DNA of 63,036 nucleotides, counting the filler, from Octopus bimaculoides (lineage: Eukaryota): assembly GCF_001194135.2 (NCBI RefSeq). It is 7 parts of 7 records of this genome, joined end to end, with 100 filler letters (N's around TTAATTAATTAA, not from the genome) between each part and the next. Parts side by side here need not be neighbours in the genome. Positions count along the whole stretch, not along the records: positions 9,684 to 16,444 come from NW_026387767.1; positions 16,545 to 36,207 come from NC_068998.1; 5 more parts are not named here. One strand, given 5' to 3'. Below the pieces are notes generated by a model. That model did no database searches and had not been told where the DNA came from. It was given only the letters and a program-made list of their open reading frames with translations. This document shows positions 11,476 to 23,309 of the stretch, piece by piece. The position numbers were made by a program, and so were the translations under genes. The stretch's first letter is position 1; each line of letters opens with the position of its first letter.

Positions 11476-14400
11476 ATGCAACCTGGTACACTTCTAATTT
11501 AAAACATGCAGTTTAAGATAGGCATGATTGCCAAAGTGAAAATCGAAAATGGCAGCCATCACAACCTCTCTCATCAATGGTCACATACACACTGAGTCTG
11601 CCACATCGAACTACAGCTGACTTAGCATAACGAGGCATAAATGCATTCAAACACAAATGCACACATACTCAACATTTGTAGAATAAAAACACCAATTTAC
11701 TATTTTAAAAAATCTATGTAAATTTACAATTAAAAATAACATAACTGTATTGAACTTCTATTGTTTCAGAGTCTTTTAAGGCTGTTTATTTTATTTTTAT
11801 AACAATACCCTTAGACATTGTAACAAATTGTCATGTCTGATATATGTTTCAATTTTGTAAGTGTACATGGCAAGTGTACACATCCCCACAGACTGGACAA
11901 AGTGCTGCCTATGCCAAAACGCCACTACGGAGAGACTTCAACAAGCTGATTACCATTACTTCCCCAACAGCAATGGCTACAAGACTCTGCACAAAAATAT
12001 TTATTTACTGTATGAACTTAGTGACTTTCCTATACCCATCAACCTAGCCAGGCTAGATGAAGGCAATCTTGGCATAGAGGAGACACTAAAGAGAAATGAT
12101 GCAAAGGACCTACCCAGCTGTTTCTTGATGTTTAGTAACACAAAAGTGGAAAGAGAGCAAGATAAAGGAAAGAGAGTGTGGCAGAGGGTCTTAGCAGAAA
12201 TGAAGAAAGGACCAAAAAGCAGCACATCAACACAAAAGAGAATATTTGTTTCATCTGTGAAAAGGAGGACATTTGGGAAAATATTTTGAGACATGCATCA
12301 ACAATGCAAATTGGTGTATCACTAAAGGAGCTTGCACTGACTTTGAGTGACAGCAAACTGCAAGCCAAGTTTAGTAGCTCTGATGCAGTTGCCCAAGAGC
12401 TGAAATATCATCTGCATTGCTACATAGGTCTGCAAAACAAAGCTCGTTCTTTAAAATCAGAAGAAAGGAGGCTTGAGAACAGTGATAGTAACAGTGGATA
12501 TCCATTTGCTTTCTCTGAACTACTTGCTTAGTTACATGAAAGTAGGAATGCTGCCAGGGTAGATCAAGTGACTGTATTCTAACAGGCTGATCTGACAAAA
12601 ATGTATTGTGAACAGCGAGTTAAGTTAGATGTGACAGAACCAAATGTGAATGCTACTAAGCTGAAGGAGAGGATCTTGTTCCATGTTCCAGAGGTAGAAG
12701 CATATAATTGTGGAAGAAACGTGATAATAGCTTTCCAAAAAGACATCAGACCAGTTCCATCTTCAGACACAATAAACTATAATGAAACCATACTTATCTA
12801 GAAAACTACTGATATACTCAGGAAGAAGATTCTCCAATGCTCCAGTTCATTCGATGGTAAGTTTGATAGCCAGTACCTAAACTCAAGTGTTCCTCCAGAG
12901 CTGCAACATTTTGTTACCTGTCTTGCCCAAAGGGCAGGTATCAAGGCACAAATAGAAAGTGGTGTGTCAAAAATTGATGTTGCAATGGGTCAATTGCTAC
13001 AGTTTAATTGCTGTTCCAAGAAAAAACTCACAGCTACAAGTTATAGACACTCAAATAAGAGAGAACCACCTTTATTTGTTTACTTGGGACTGTCTCTGTA
13101 TTCAAGGACTCAGAAAAAACAGTTAGTGGACAGACTGTTTGAACACAGATTGTTTGTCTCATATGATCACATACTTGAAATATCAAACCAGCTGGGCGAA
13201 GCTGTTGTTAGTCAGTATGTTTAAGATGACATAGTGTGTCCACCACAGATGAAGTGCAGCGTGTCCACACTTGTGGCTGTAGATAACATTGACCATGACC
13301 CAAAAGCAACAACATCATTCCATGGGACAAGTATTTCTCAGTTCCAGAGTACTGCAAGAGGAGAGCATCAAGCAGAACTGGCTCTAAAGAAAAAAGATCA
13401 AAAAGATTCCTGAGCTCCCAGAAAGCTACACAAAAGTAAAACAAGCTTTTCTGGAGAAGTGCCCTATACTTCCTACCTGGAGTGCCAAATCTAAAACCTG
13501 AGTATGACTGGTTGCAGTCAGTAGCTCTTGCAGAAATCTATGACAATACCATTAAAGTGACATGGTCAGCACACAATGCTCAACAAGTGAAAGATTTGCA
13601 GTTTGATGTGGATATGTCTGCCCTTATTCCCTTACTAAGAGACCATTCTAATGAGGTGTCAACTATCAAGCATCCCATGGACAAAGTCAAGGGCATCATA
13701 CATCACTTAAATCCAAGTCGGAGTCCAGTTCTGGCTGTAGATCAGCCACTGTTTGCACTGGACAAATAGATTCAATGGAAGTGGCCACAAATGGATGGCA
13801 GTTTTGTCATACTAATGGGCTCACTGCACACTGATATGGCCGCTTTAAGAGTAGCCGGTAGTTTGCGCAAAAGCAGTGGGTGGACAACAGTCAGTGATGA
13901 AGCTGGCATTGCAACCTCTGGCACAACTGATTCTTTCTTGTCTGCTACTAGTGTAACAAAAACAAGAAGAGTACATCAGGTAACATCCTGCAGCTTGTAT
14001 CAGCTAAAGAAAAGGGCATATGAGGCAAGTGATAAGTCTAGGAGTTTTAATGATTGGTGTGCCAAATGAGAAGCTCAGGAACCCCAGTTCTGGTACTGGA
14101 ACATGGTACATTCTCGGGTTTATCAGATCCATCAGGGTGGGAGATTCCACAGGGTATCTTGCCTCAATGAATGCCTTGATGTACTTCTTTGCCAATGACA
14201 GCACCCATTATGCAAGATCTGTGCACATCAATGATATGCGAAAGCTGCTTGAGGCCAATCCATCTGTCAATGAAGAGTTTGCAGCAGGAAGGTTTGAGAT
14301 CCACAAGATGGAAAGACTGTTCTCTGCCATCGGAGTGGATCAAGTCCATGAGCAAAATAATGCTCTAATCAAGGAAGATGGAGGAGCTGTAGGTATCATG

Positions 14401-16444
14401 GACAATTAGTCTGCCTTGCTAAGATGGATGGCGTCAGGGCTAGAGATATGTCATCTTGTTGGGGAATATGATGAGTTATCAAAAATCAGGCAGCGTACCA
14501 ATGCATCACACCACAAACACATTCCTTCTGTCCAAAAGACATTCCTGGAAGATGTGCAGAATTTTTGTAAAACAGTGGAAGAATTCAGAAATCCATTCTT
14601 GGATTAAACATTCTCTGAGCTGCTGATACTAATTTCCAAAGATGCAATGGACAGTGATGCAGCTGATACTTTGAAGAACTACGTTCCTGAAGGAATGAAG
14701 TAATTTGAGTGGTTTATATTTAATCTAAAAAATATATGTCACACTTTGAAGTAGAACAACTTCAAAATATTTAACAAGCCCAGAACAAAGACTGCAAGGA
14801 AGCTGGATAATGCTGTGGAACAAGACTGCAACCTTTTTGCAAACTTGTTCATCACTTCCCAAACAAGACAAGTAGATCTCGAAGAATTCTTCAGGTGCGA
14901 AAATGCTAACTTCCCAGCTTCCATCAGTTCAAACGGAGATTTCTACCGTGGAACGAAATCAGACCTTATAGCATGCCTAAAGAAGCAGGTGGAAATGTTA
15001 GCAAACAGGCCAGAAACTGATGCTATATTCATTGACAGAGCACACCTAGCACACGATATTCAACACAAGCATCTAACCTTCAAGGACTATGCTGAACATG
15101 ACTTTGTTGGAAAGATAAACAAATATGCTGAGAGGTACAGACATACTTACAATTCACAGTCACTGAAATCATTCATGAGATTACAAAGAAGTAGGGGATC
15201 CTGACACTGAGTAATAGAAAAAGGAAAGGTTCCCCAAAATTGGCCCAGTTTTCTTCAAAAGGAGGAGAACAAAAAAGAACTGTATACTTTCCTAGCCCAT
15301 AAGCTGAAACAAGCTACTGGTGGACAAGTGTTTACTACAGCCATGTCATCATGTGTTAGCAATAAAGAAGATGAGGTAAAACACTTGATGGAAGACATGA
15401 CCGACTGTTCCCATGAAGAAGCTGACACGAGGATTTTTGTCCATGTCATGAATGCTGTGAAGCAGAGCTACATCACTAGAGCAACCATCCTTGCAAATGA
15501 CATTGATATAGTTGTCATAGCAGTGGCAACATTCTCTGTTTTGAAGAGAAGTGGTCTAGACTTGTGGGTTGCGTACAGAATGGATAAAAGCAGGAGATGG
15601 TAACCAATCCTCAGCATAGTCACTAAGCTCGGGGAAAAGGCCTGTAGGTTATGCAGTGACTGGCTGTGATACAGTGAATGCTTTTAAAGAAAGAGGCTAA
15701 AAATCCTGCTTTCAAACCTGGGATATTTTTCCTCAAGCCAATAACACATTTCACCAGCTGTCTGCACCTTGTGCGGACATCACAGAAGATCAGATGCAAG
15801 TAATAGAAAGATTTGTTGTTCTACTGTATGATGGATCCAGTTCGGAGTTGTCTGTAAATAAAGCCTGGAAAATCATGTTTGCAGAAAAGAACAGACACTA
15901 TGATACAATCCCACCCACATGAGGAGCTCTTATTCAGCACATCCAATGAGTTACATATCAGGCAGGGCACATATGGGGCCAGGCTCTGCAGATGAAGCCA
16001 GCACTGCCATCACCTATCACCTGGAGGTCGAAAAAAATGACAATGGCACATTCACTGTTCACTGGACTGAACTAAGAGCCATAGCAGAACAATGCCAAGC
16101 ACTTAAAAAGTGCCAATGCAAAACTGAGTGTGCAGGACGTTGCACACGCAAGAAGTCAGCCCTTTGTGCCTGTACATACATTTGATTGATGATGAAACCT
16201 GTATAACCTGAATTAGTGAAGAAGATAGAAAAATCCTTCAAAAGATAAATATAAAGCTATTTGTGTAAAATACTGCATAATAAATAACGTTTATTCTAAT
16301 AAAACTTATTTCCTGTTCATCACAATTATTAATTTTTAATGCTGGACGCCATCTTGGATTTTGGCCACCATTTTCGATTTTCACATTGCCAATCATGCCT
16401 ATTTTAAAGTGCATATTTTAAACTATAGGCGTGCCACACTGCAT
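11476..16444 (+). mobile_element. Academ (AcademX-type) DNA transposon, decayed; outer ends not resolved
   Basis: Inverted repeat: atgcagtttaagataggcatgattgccaaagtgaaaatcgaaaatgg (~11505-11551) vs ccattttcgattttcacattgccaatcatgcctattttaaagtgcat (~16368-16414). Degenerate similarity continues outward until the gap at 16445. The repeat encloses the broken ORF below. The left arm may extend to ~10.9 kb. Confidence 0.75.
11867..16185 (+). pseudogene. Academ transposase-XPG nuclease-Cys finger polyprotein (~1400 aa), broken into more than 10 ORF fragments
   Basis: Collinear fragments: DWTKCCLCQ, CFICEK...QELKYHLHC, AVDNIDHDPKATTSFHGTSIS, PVLAVDQPLFAL, MGSLHTDM, FSAIGVDQVHEQNNALIKEDGGAVG, EFFRCEN..FPASIS, CSHEEADTRIFVH, ANDIDIVVIAV, GCDTVNAF (XPG/FEN-like PIN and H3TH motifs), C-terminal CQCKTECAGRC..KKSALCAC. 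Confidence 0.8.
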
Positions 16445-16544
16445 NNNNNNNNNNNNNNNNNNNNNNNNNNNNNNNNNNNNNNNNNNNNTTAATTAATTAA
16501 NNNNNNNNNNNNNNNNNNNNNNNNNNNNNNNNNNNNNNNNNNNN

Positions 16545-16594
<50 letters not shown>

Positions 16595-16607
16595 ATACAT
16601 ACATACA

Positions 16608-16641
<34 letters not shown>

Positions 16642-16647
16642 CACATG

Positions 16648-16681
<34 letters not shown>

Positions 16682-16744
16682 TACAGTGAGAGAAAAGGGA
16701 GACTGGAGACAGAGAAGAGGCAGATAGAGAGGCAGCAAACAACT

Positions 16745-16781
<37 letters not shown>

Positions 16782-16984
16782 GCCATGTATTCCAACCAAG
16801 AATATGTAATTGGTATTTTATTCTTCATCTTACCATCCTCGTTTTCATCATTATCATCATCATCATCGACGCCATTGTAATTAGCAGCAACGTCGACCGC
16901 CCTAATTATCATTGTCATTATCAACATCATTATCGATCGACATCCATCTGGAAATTAATGTGGTGTCCTAAACAAAATTGTGGT

Positions 16985-17180
16985 AAATTGGCAGATAAAA
17001 CACCTTGTGGTATCTAGTTACATCTTTTTGAGCTCTTAGCTCAAATTTCGTCGATTTCGTTAACTTTGCCTTTCATTGTTCTATGATCTATGAAAGGAGC
17101 ATCAGTCAAAGACCGGAATCCGTTAACTCGACGAAATCTCTTCCCACAAAAATGCGTGGTCTGGTGTCATTTTGTGAAAT
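16985..17180 (+). mobile_element. Old CORE-SINE (family C) remnant
   Basis: gttaactttgcctttcatt CORE-like motif with a degenerate head and tail. Confidence 0.55.
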
Positions 17181-17337
17181 CAATATCCTTTTTCTAAGTC
17201 AGATAAATTGACTGGAACAATTGTTAAGAGATCTTTATTTGTGCGTAGCTTTATGCCCTGCATGAGTTTGCACTCGCTTTTATTCTCCAGGAGTTCAGTA
17301 TTGGTGTAGATGTAGTTGATATAATACACTGATCTTT

Positions 17338-18450
17338 TGCGCCATCTTGTTGGAGAGTTACACCTCCTTATTTATTTATTGCCCACAAGGGGCTAAACAT
17401 AGAGGGGACAAACAAGGACAGACAAAGGATTAAGTCGATTACATCGACCCCAGTGCGTAACTGGTACTTAATTTATCAACCCTGAAATGATGAAAGGCTA
17501 AGTCGACCTCGGCGGAATTTGAACTCAGAACATAACGGCAGACGAAATACCGCTAAGCATTTCGCCCGGCGTGCTAACGATTCTGCCAACTCTCCGCCTT
17601 CAAGAGTTACACTTTCGTCCCCCATTGTTGCAATAACTCAAGGACTACTTTATCCTTAAACATGTCCAAATAAACATGTTGGTTGATTTTTACACCATCT
17701 TCAATGAAGATAAGAGGAATTTTCATGCCATTTGAGGTCACACCTGGATGCAGATTTCTGTCGCCGAAAGGATAATTTTTGTTCGACAGGAATGTCTTCT
17801 TTATTTACTGCATATACGCAATCATTTTGTGGATTGTGGCACGCTTGTACACTGAATAACTTTTCATCTGTGAGCAGTATTGGAAGCTGCGTGCCATCTC
17901 TCAGCTTTTGCAGAAGAAGCTTTACTCTTTGCAGTCCTTTTTTCTTTGTGGCTTCAGACAAAATATGTGCTTTTGATATCTTGCATGCGAATAATTGAAG
18001 AACATTTTTCAACAATTCATGCATAGTTTCGTAGCTTATACTAGACTCCGAAGCGAGTTTTCTGATGCTTCATTTTGGGTTACGCCTGATATTCGGTGTT
18101 TTTGATGAGATTCTGAGTTCTCACTGGTCGGCATGGAGTAGTTCTCACTTTTGGTAAGCAAGAAACGGTCTCTTTTATTTGTTTGATTACTGATCTACTG
18201 ACAGTGGGTTTCAAAATCTTGCAAAGCTCACTAGGGGTTTTCCTATTCTTGAATTGCTTTATTTATTCCACTCATACTAGCTTAAATACTAGCTTCAAGT
18301 ATACTAAATTTCTAGTACAAATTTAGCTTCAATACTACCTTAAATGTTAAGGGTATTAAATTTCTGAAATAAGAACGAGGAGGAGGATATTTTATTTTCA
18401 TTTATTCATTTTCATCTTTTGGCATTGTACTTGTCTAGTAAACGGCCTGG
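17338..18450 (-). mobile_element. Tc1/mariner (maT/DD37D-like) transposase remnant interrupted by a SINE
   Basis: LTDEKLFSVQACHNPQND.VYA, GVTSNGMKIPLIFIEDGVKINQHVYLD, and QQDGA resuming left of the SINE (17338-17352). An HTH-like N-terminal region lies near 18000-18150. Confidence 0.8.
17364..17600 (-). mobile_element. Young CORE-SINE (family C), full length, with 10-bp TSD
   Basis: Roughly 93-94% identical by eye to the reverse complement of 20562-20796. Flanked by the direct repeat agagttacac at 17354-17363 and 17603-17612. Confidence 0.9.
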
Positions 18451-18499
18451 TATGAATCCATATGTTAAAACTGACGCAATTACGTTGTGCTCCACCACA

Positions 18500-18640
18500 A
18501 TGTAACTGCATGTTTCAACATACGAATTTTAGTCATCTAAAAACACCGAGGTTGACTTTGCTTTTCATCCTTTGAGTATCGGGGTCGATGTAATTGGCTT
18601 TCCTTTCCCTCATAATTGCTGGCCGTCTGCGAAAATTAAA
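18500..18640 (+). mobile_element. CORE-SINE remnant with internal deletion
   Basis: gaggttgactttgcttttcatccttt...ggggtcgatgtaatt. Confidence 0.6.
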
Positions 18641-18659
18641 GCAGAAAAAAATTATTCTT

Positions 18660-18935
18660 TTCCCTGGGGTCATCGCTGATCAAGCTGATCTATAATCAAA
18701 TGCATTTCGATAGTGACCATTCCATCTTTTGGAGGTATGTAGTACTACATTGTCCAACGTATCCTTTGTTAAATCGTCGGGAAGACACTGGATTATGCAG
18801 TCCCACATAATTCTAAAATTATCACGACGTCGGATGTGACTTGAGGAGATTTGTGTTATATCTTGCAGGTTGAGCGACCATACAGATGCTTCATCGTTGG
18901 TTCGTAATAGTACTAGGCTGAGATAGCGAAATGAT
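18660..18935 (-). repeat. Unclassified interspersed repeat (related degenerate copy at 26860-27030, +)
   Basis: The reverse complement shares motifs with 26860-27030 (tcaacctgc.aga/tcgacctaccaga..agc.aaatct; gatggaatggtca/aatggctgaatgatca; gatcagc/ggtcagga). Confidence 0.45.
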
Positions 18936-19455
18936 CTGTTCATATACTTCGTTTTTGCGGGGGAGGGGATCTTTGCACTGTTGCTATAGTTGTATAAAAG
19001 AGTTTGTTATAAAAATGCTGACTGTACCTTTGGTCATTTTCTCTCATTTCATTCACTCCCCATCACTCTCTCATTGTTTTTCCTTCGTTCTTACTTATTC
19101 ATTTATTTTCATATTGCTTATATATTCGTTTCCTGTGTTTGTGATGTCTTTGTCATCAAGTTCCTGTTTATTCCGAAACTGATGTCTGTATCTAGTCGCT
19201 TCGATTCTGTAGGAAATACATTTATGATCTTGTCATGTTCCCTAATATATACATCAAATATATACAAATCATACAGTTGTTATTTTCCAATAGATTTCCG
19301 ACTAAATAAGTCCTTTGCCTTCTGGCAACTTTAGTAAATATGAACTGCCACAATAGGATTGTGTTTCTAAACATTATAAAGTAAATCTTTTAACAAATTT
19401 TCATTCAATTTCTGCCGGTTTATCTTTTTTAGCTTCTTCAACTGATAGTTTATAG

Positions 19456-19502
19456 AGGTGCAGGCGTGGCTTTGTGACTAAGAAGTTTGCTTCCCACCAC
19501 AT
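19456..19502 (+). mobile_element. Isolated 5' head of SINE family A
   Basis: aggtgcaggcgtggctttgtgactaagaagtttgcttcccaccacat matches the head of 58398-58445. Confidence 0.6.
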
Positions 19503-19547
19503 ACGCTGATGACGGGTTACTACCCAGAAACCCGGGTCCATGTGTAT
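19498..19547 (+). ncRNA. Minimal type-I hammerhead ribozyme motif (probably decayed)
   Basis: CTGATGA at 19506-19512; stem II GGGT-tact-ACCC; GAAA at 19527-19530; palindromic stem III ACCCGGGT; GTC cleavage triplet at 19536-19538; 7-bp stem I (19499-19505 with 19539-19545) with one mismatch and one G-U pair. Confidence 0.6.
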
Positions 19548-20561
19548 CACGCCAGGCTAGAGATGGGAACAATGATTTCCCTTCGCAAATACTGATCGGA
19601 CAGTGTGTCATTAGCCAGCTGGAAGAGATGTCTTCCTGGGACTATAAACTACAGTAGCATCGTCCCATATGAGTCAGCCATATTTAGGTGGCAAATATAC
19701 TTCACGATATATATATATATATATACAAGGGAAAGAGAGGGGGGCAGAGAAATGCACAGGTGTATGTGTGTTTGGGTGTATGCGCATGTTTCACAATGCA
19801 CATGTCAAGTAACACTATGCGAACAAACATAATATATATATATATTACCAGATATAAACTAACAGTGACCTCTCAAGACATACCCCAAATATCTTCATGG
19901 CACCCCATTTAGCTAAAGTTACATACAACACACAAAGTATGTGTTATTTATATCGCAAATAATAAATAAATAACCACACACCCTGAATTAAAACTGTTAT
20001 CGCAAATTCTTTAATCATCTCTATTCTATCTATCCTTTTGATATATACCTACATCAGTGGGTCCAGCACAGAGCCTTTCAAAGCAATTCTTTAAAGAATT
20101 TTCACACGAATTTCTCAAAAGAAAAATAAAAAATTTTCTATAAAAGTTGTTTAATCTCTAGTTTTATTCTGGTACATTTTAAAACTTGTCACAAGTGTTT
20201 CGCCCCTCAGGCTACGAGGCAAAACGTATGCATTTGTGTGTATGTGTACCTACTGATGATACAAAAAGATATCTGAGATTGCAACGAACTCAGAAGAGCT
20301 TGTAATACTTCCGAGTACCTCCTGCAGCAGTTTCTGTGTCTCCTGTGTTTGTTTCAACTTTGTGAATTTTAAGACTTGTTTAACATTGTTATATATCCAC
20401 ATCAGGAACCGGTGATTTCAGCAAAGTTGTGAACAGCGTAAAAACCTTGTATATAAAAGGAAGCTTCAAATTCCGTAAAATAATTCACCTCACGTTCGCA
20501 ACAAGAAGTTCCGAGTAGCTACCTACACAGAGTCAGATTTGAATTAATATTATATCATTCT

Positions 20562-20796
20562 AAGGCGGAGAGCTGGCAGAAACGTTAGCACGCCGGGCGA
20601 AATGCTTAGCAGTATTTCGTCTGCTGTTACGTTCTGAATTCAAATTCTGCCGCGGTCGACTTTGCCTTTCATCCTTTCGGGGTCGATAAATTAAGTACCA
20701 TTTACGCACTGGGGTCGATGTAATCGACTTAATCCCTTTGTCTGTCCTTGTTTGTCCCCTCTATGTTTAGCCCCTTGTGGGCAATAAAGAAATAAG
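20562..20796 (+). mobile_element. Young CORE-SINE (family C), full length
   Basis: Head aaggcggagagctggcagaa, B box gaattcaaattc, CORE gtcgactttgcctttcatcctttcggggtcgataaattaagtacc, A-rich tail. Confidence 0.9.
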
Positions 20797-20870
20797 AAAC
20801 GTTAGCACGTCGGGCGAGATGCTTAGCGGTATTTCGTCTGTCTTTACATTTCATCCTTTCGGGGTCGATA
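20797..20870 (+). mobile_element. Tandem partial, internally deleted second CORE-SINE copy
   Basis: aaacgttagcacgtcgggcgagatgcttagcggtatttcgtctg joined directly to tttcatcctttcggggtcgata. Confidence 0.8.
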
Positions 20871-20875
20871 TATAC

Positions 20876-22372
20876 TTAAATGATATACTTCTGGAAGGTT
20901 TTACAGATTTTTACTGTTCCAGTGATGGATTGGATCTGTAGTCTTCGAATCAGCTCTCTCCTTTCTGGTTTTGAGAAGCCTAATTATTCAAGATTGGTAT
21001 TTAGGTAGTGTGTTATATATCCCAGTACACCAATAATTACAGGTATAAACCTGAGCTTATAATCTGGATAGAAGAAGTACAGATTTCTCAATAGTTCAGC
21101 GTAGGTATTCTTTTTCACTGAACTACAGCTTTATGTTAACATCCGCTGGGCAGCTGATTTCCACAACTGTGCACAGTTTCTCTTCTCTATTCCAAATCAT
21201 TATATCAAGTCTATTGTGTATACGTTTAATTGAGGTTTTACTGGGACATTCCATCAGCACTCATTTTTATTATGTGTGGCTACGACTTCTGCAATACTGT
21301 GGGTTCTTGTTTCTTTGTCCTCTGGGTTATCCCTCCGGCGGATTTCATTATAGAGTGTCCTAGCTACATCATATCTCATCAGTAGATAATACCGTGATGA
21401 CATTTTCTGACAACTGCTTATGATGTGGGTGATATCTTCGGTATCAATTCTACAAAGGCTGCATCAGTTGTCACATTTTACTGCTTTTCCTGCATCTCTG
21501 TCCCTATTTAGTTGATATTTCCTCTTCCTGGATTACAAACGCATACCCTTCAAAGTGGGAGGTAGTAATCTGGTTGTTGGTTCATGATGATCAATGTTAC
21601 TATTATCACGGAGCTTTCTACTAACATATCCATGCGTCATCATCTGCTCATATACGCCCATCCTTTCATCTGAGGAAATGTTGCGGTAGAGAGTGCGACT
21701 TCTATGATCATGTATTCTAGGTTATCAGACAAAGAGTGTTGCTCAAGGAGCTACTTCCCCAGTCTCTTGATGTTGTCAGCCTCTTGTAATCAAACTTCAT
21801 CAAGGGATGCATGCACTTCGACACTTGATGGTGAAAAGATGTTGACGAAGGGATATAATACGACGTTCAAAAGCATTTTAATTGATGTTAAGCCTCTGCC
21901 GCCTTGTTTTCGTTCTAGACAGAAGCGGTTTACGTCACTGTTAATGAGGAACTTATGTCTGCTTGATAGTATCTTTCAGGTTTTCACATCGGTGGCTCGG
22001 TTCTCATCAAGCGTTCAATCAAGCCCAAATGTTGGTATGAGTACTGGCACTGCAAATACATTACGGGCCACTGTTTTATTGAATGCAGAAAGTTCCGAGT
22101 TTCAAATTTTTGTTTATGCGGCTGTAATATTCTTTAGTGACACGTATTTTGTAACAGGTGCTATTGAAAGATATGTTTTCATCCACCCTTAGATACCTGT
22201 AACATTCCTCGTCAGATATAGGGGAAAAGTCATTGATAGAGATGTTGCTTGTCTGGTTTACAGTTTTCCATTTTTTCACAACCATATAGCAACATTTCTC
22301 CAGATCAGATTCCAGCCCCATATCTTTTCAGAATGTTGTAACCAAGTCGAGGATCTTTTTCATAACATGCAT
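20876..22372 (-). mobile_element. R4/Dong-like non-LTR retrotransposon with restriction-like endonuclease, 5' truncated, decayed
   Basis: Post-RT segments GLESDLEKC, CYRYLRVDEN and NVFAVPVLIPTFG; INSDVNRFCLERKQGGRGL; CCHC knuckle CSLC...ITHIISSC; RPD-like RLE region; C-terminus LIRRLQIQSITGTVKICKTFQKYII* with stop at 20876-20878. Confidence 0.8.
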
Positions 22373-22518
22373 ATTCTTTGCATATTGTATGTATGTATGT
22401 ATGTATGTATGTATGTATNNNNNNNNNNNNNNNNNNNNNNNNNNNNNNNNNNNNNNNNNNNNNNNNNNNNNNNNNNNNNNNNNNNNNNNNNNNNNNNNNN
22501 NNNNNNNNNNNNNNNNNN

Positions 22519-22558
<40 letters not shown>

Positions 22559-22960
22559 CTGCATATCTATAATATATGTATATATATATATATATCCACA
22601 CATACAAGCTCAACTAACATAATAGTTACCATATGTATCTAGGACATCACTAAACGCAAGGAGAGAGTGACTGAAATAAAGACAAAATTGGTGCAGCGTA
22701 ATGACACGAATTGTCTCTATGGAAGTTGGTTAGTTTCTGTAGATTGACGCAAGGAACGTGACTTTATTGCGTATTGGTTAAGAAATCTGATACGACATAT
22801 ATATACTTCGTTAGATGAAATGGCTTTGGCTTCTTACACATCCTCGAACAGAGACGAGTATGACATGGGCTAATTGATATACAGTGTGGATCATCGAAAC
22901 AAGATCGATTGACAAATTGCGAAAGAATGAAACGACGAGTCGAGGGGAGAGGAAATGATT

Positions 22961-23060
<100 letters not shown>

Positions 23061-23272
23061 CATATATATATACCTATATACATATATATATATACATATA
23101 AGCACATATATACATAAATACACATATATATACATACATATATATGCATACATATACATATATACGCACACACTCACACACATACACACATACATATATA
23201 TATACTCATGTAAAAAACAAATACACCGATATTACTCACGCATATAGCAATATGTATCTATAAGTGTAAATG

Positions 23273-23309
<37 letters not shown>

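Noticed and set aside
17338-17353. CTCF-like motif ccaacaagatggcgc
   Set aside because: Explained as the QQDGA codons of the Tc1/mariner transposase.
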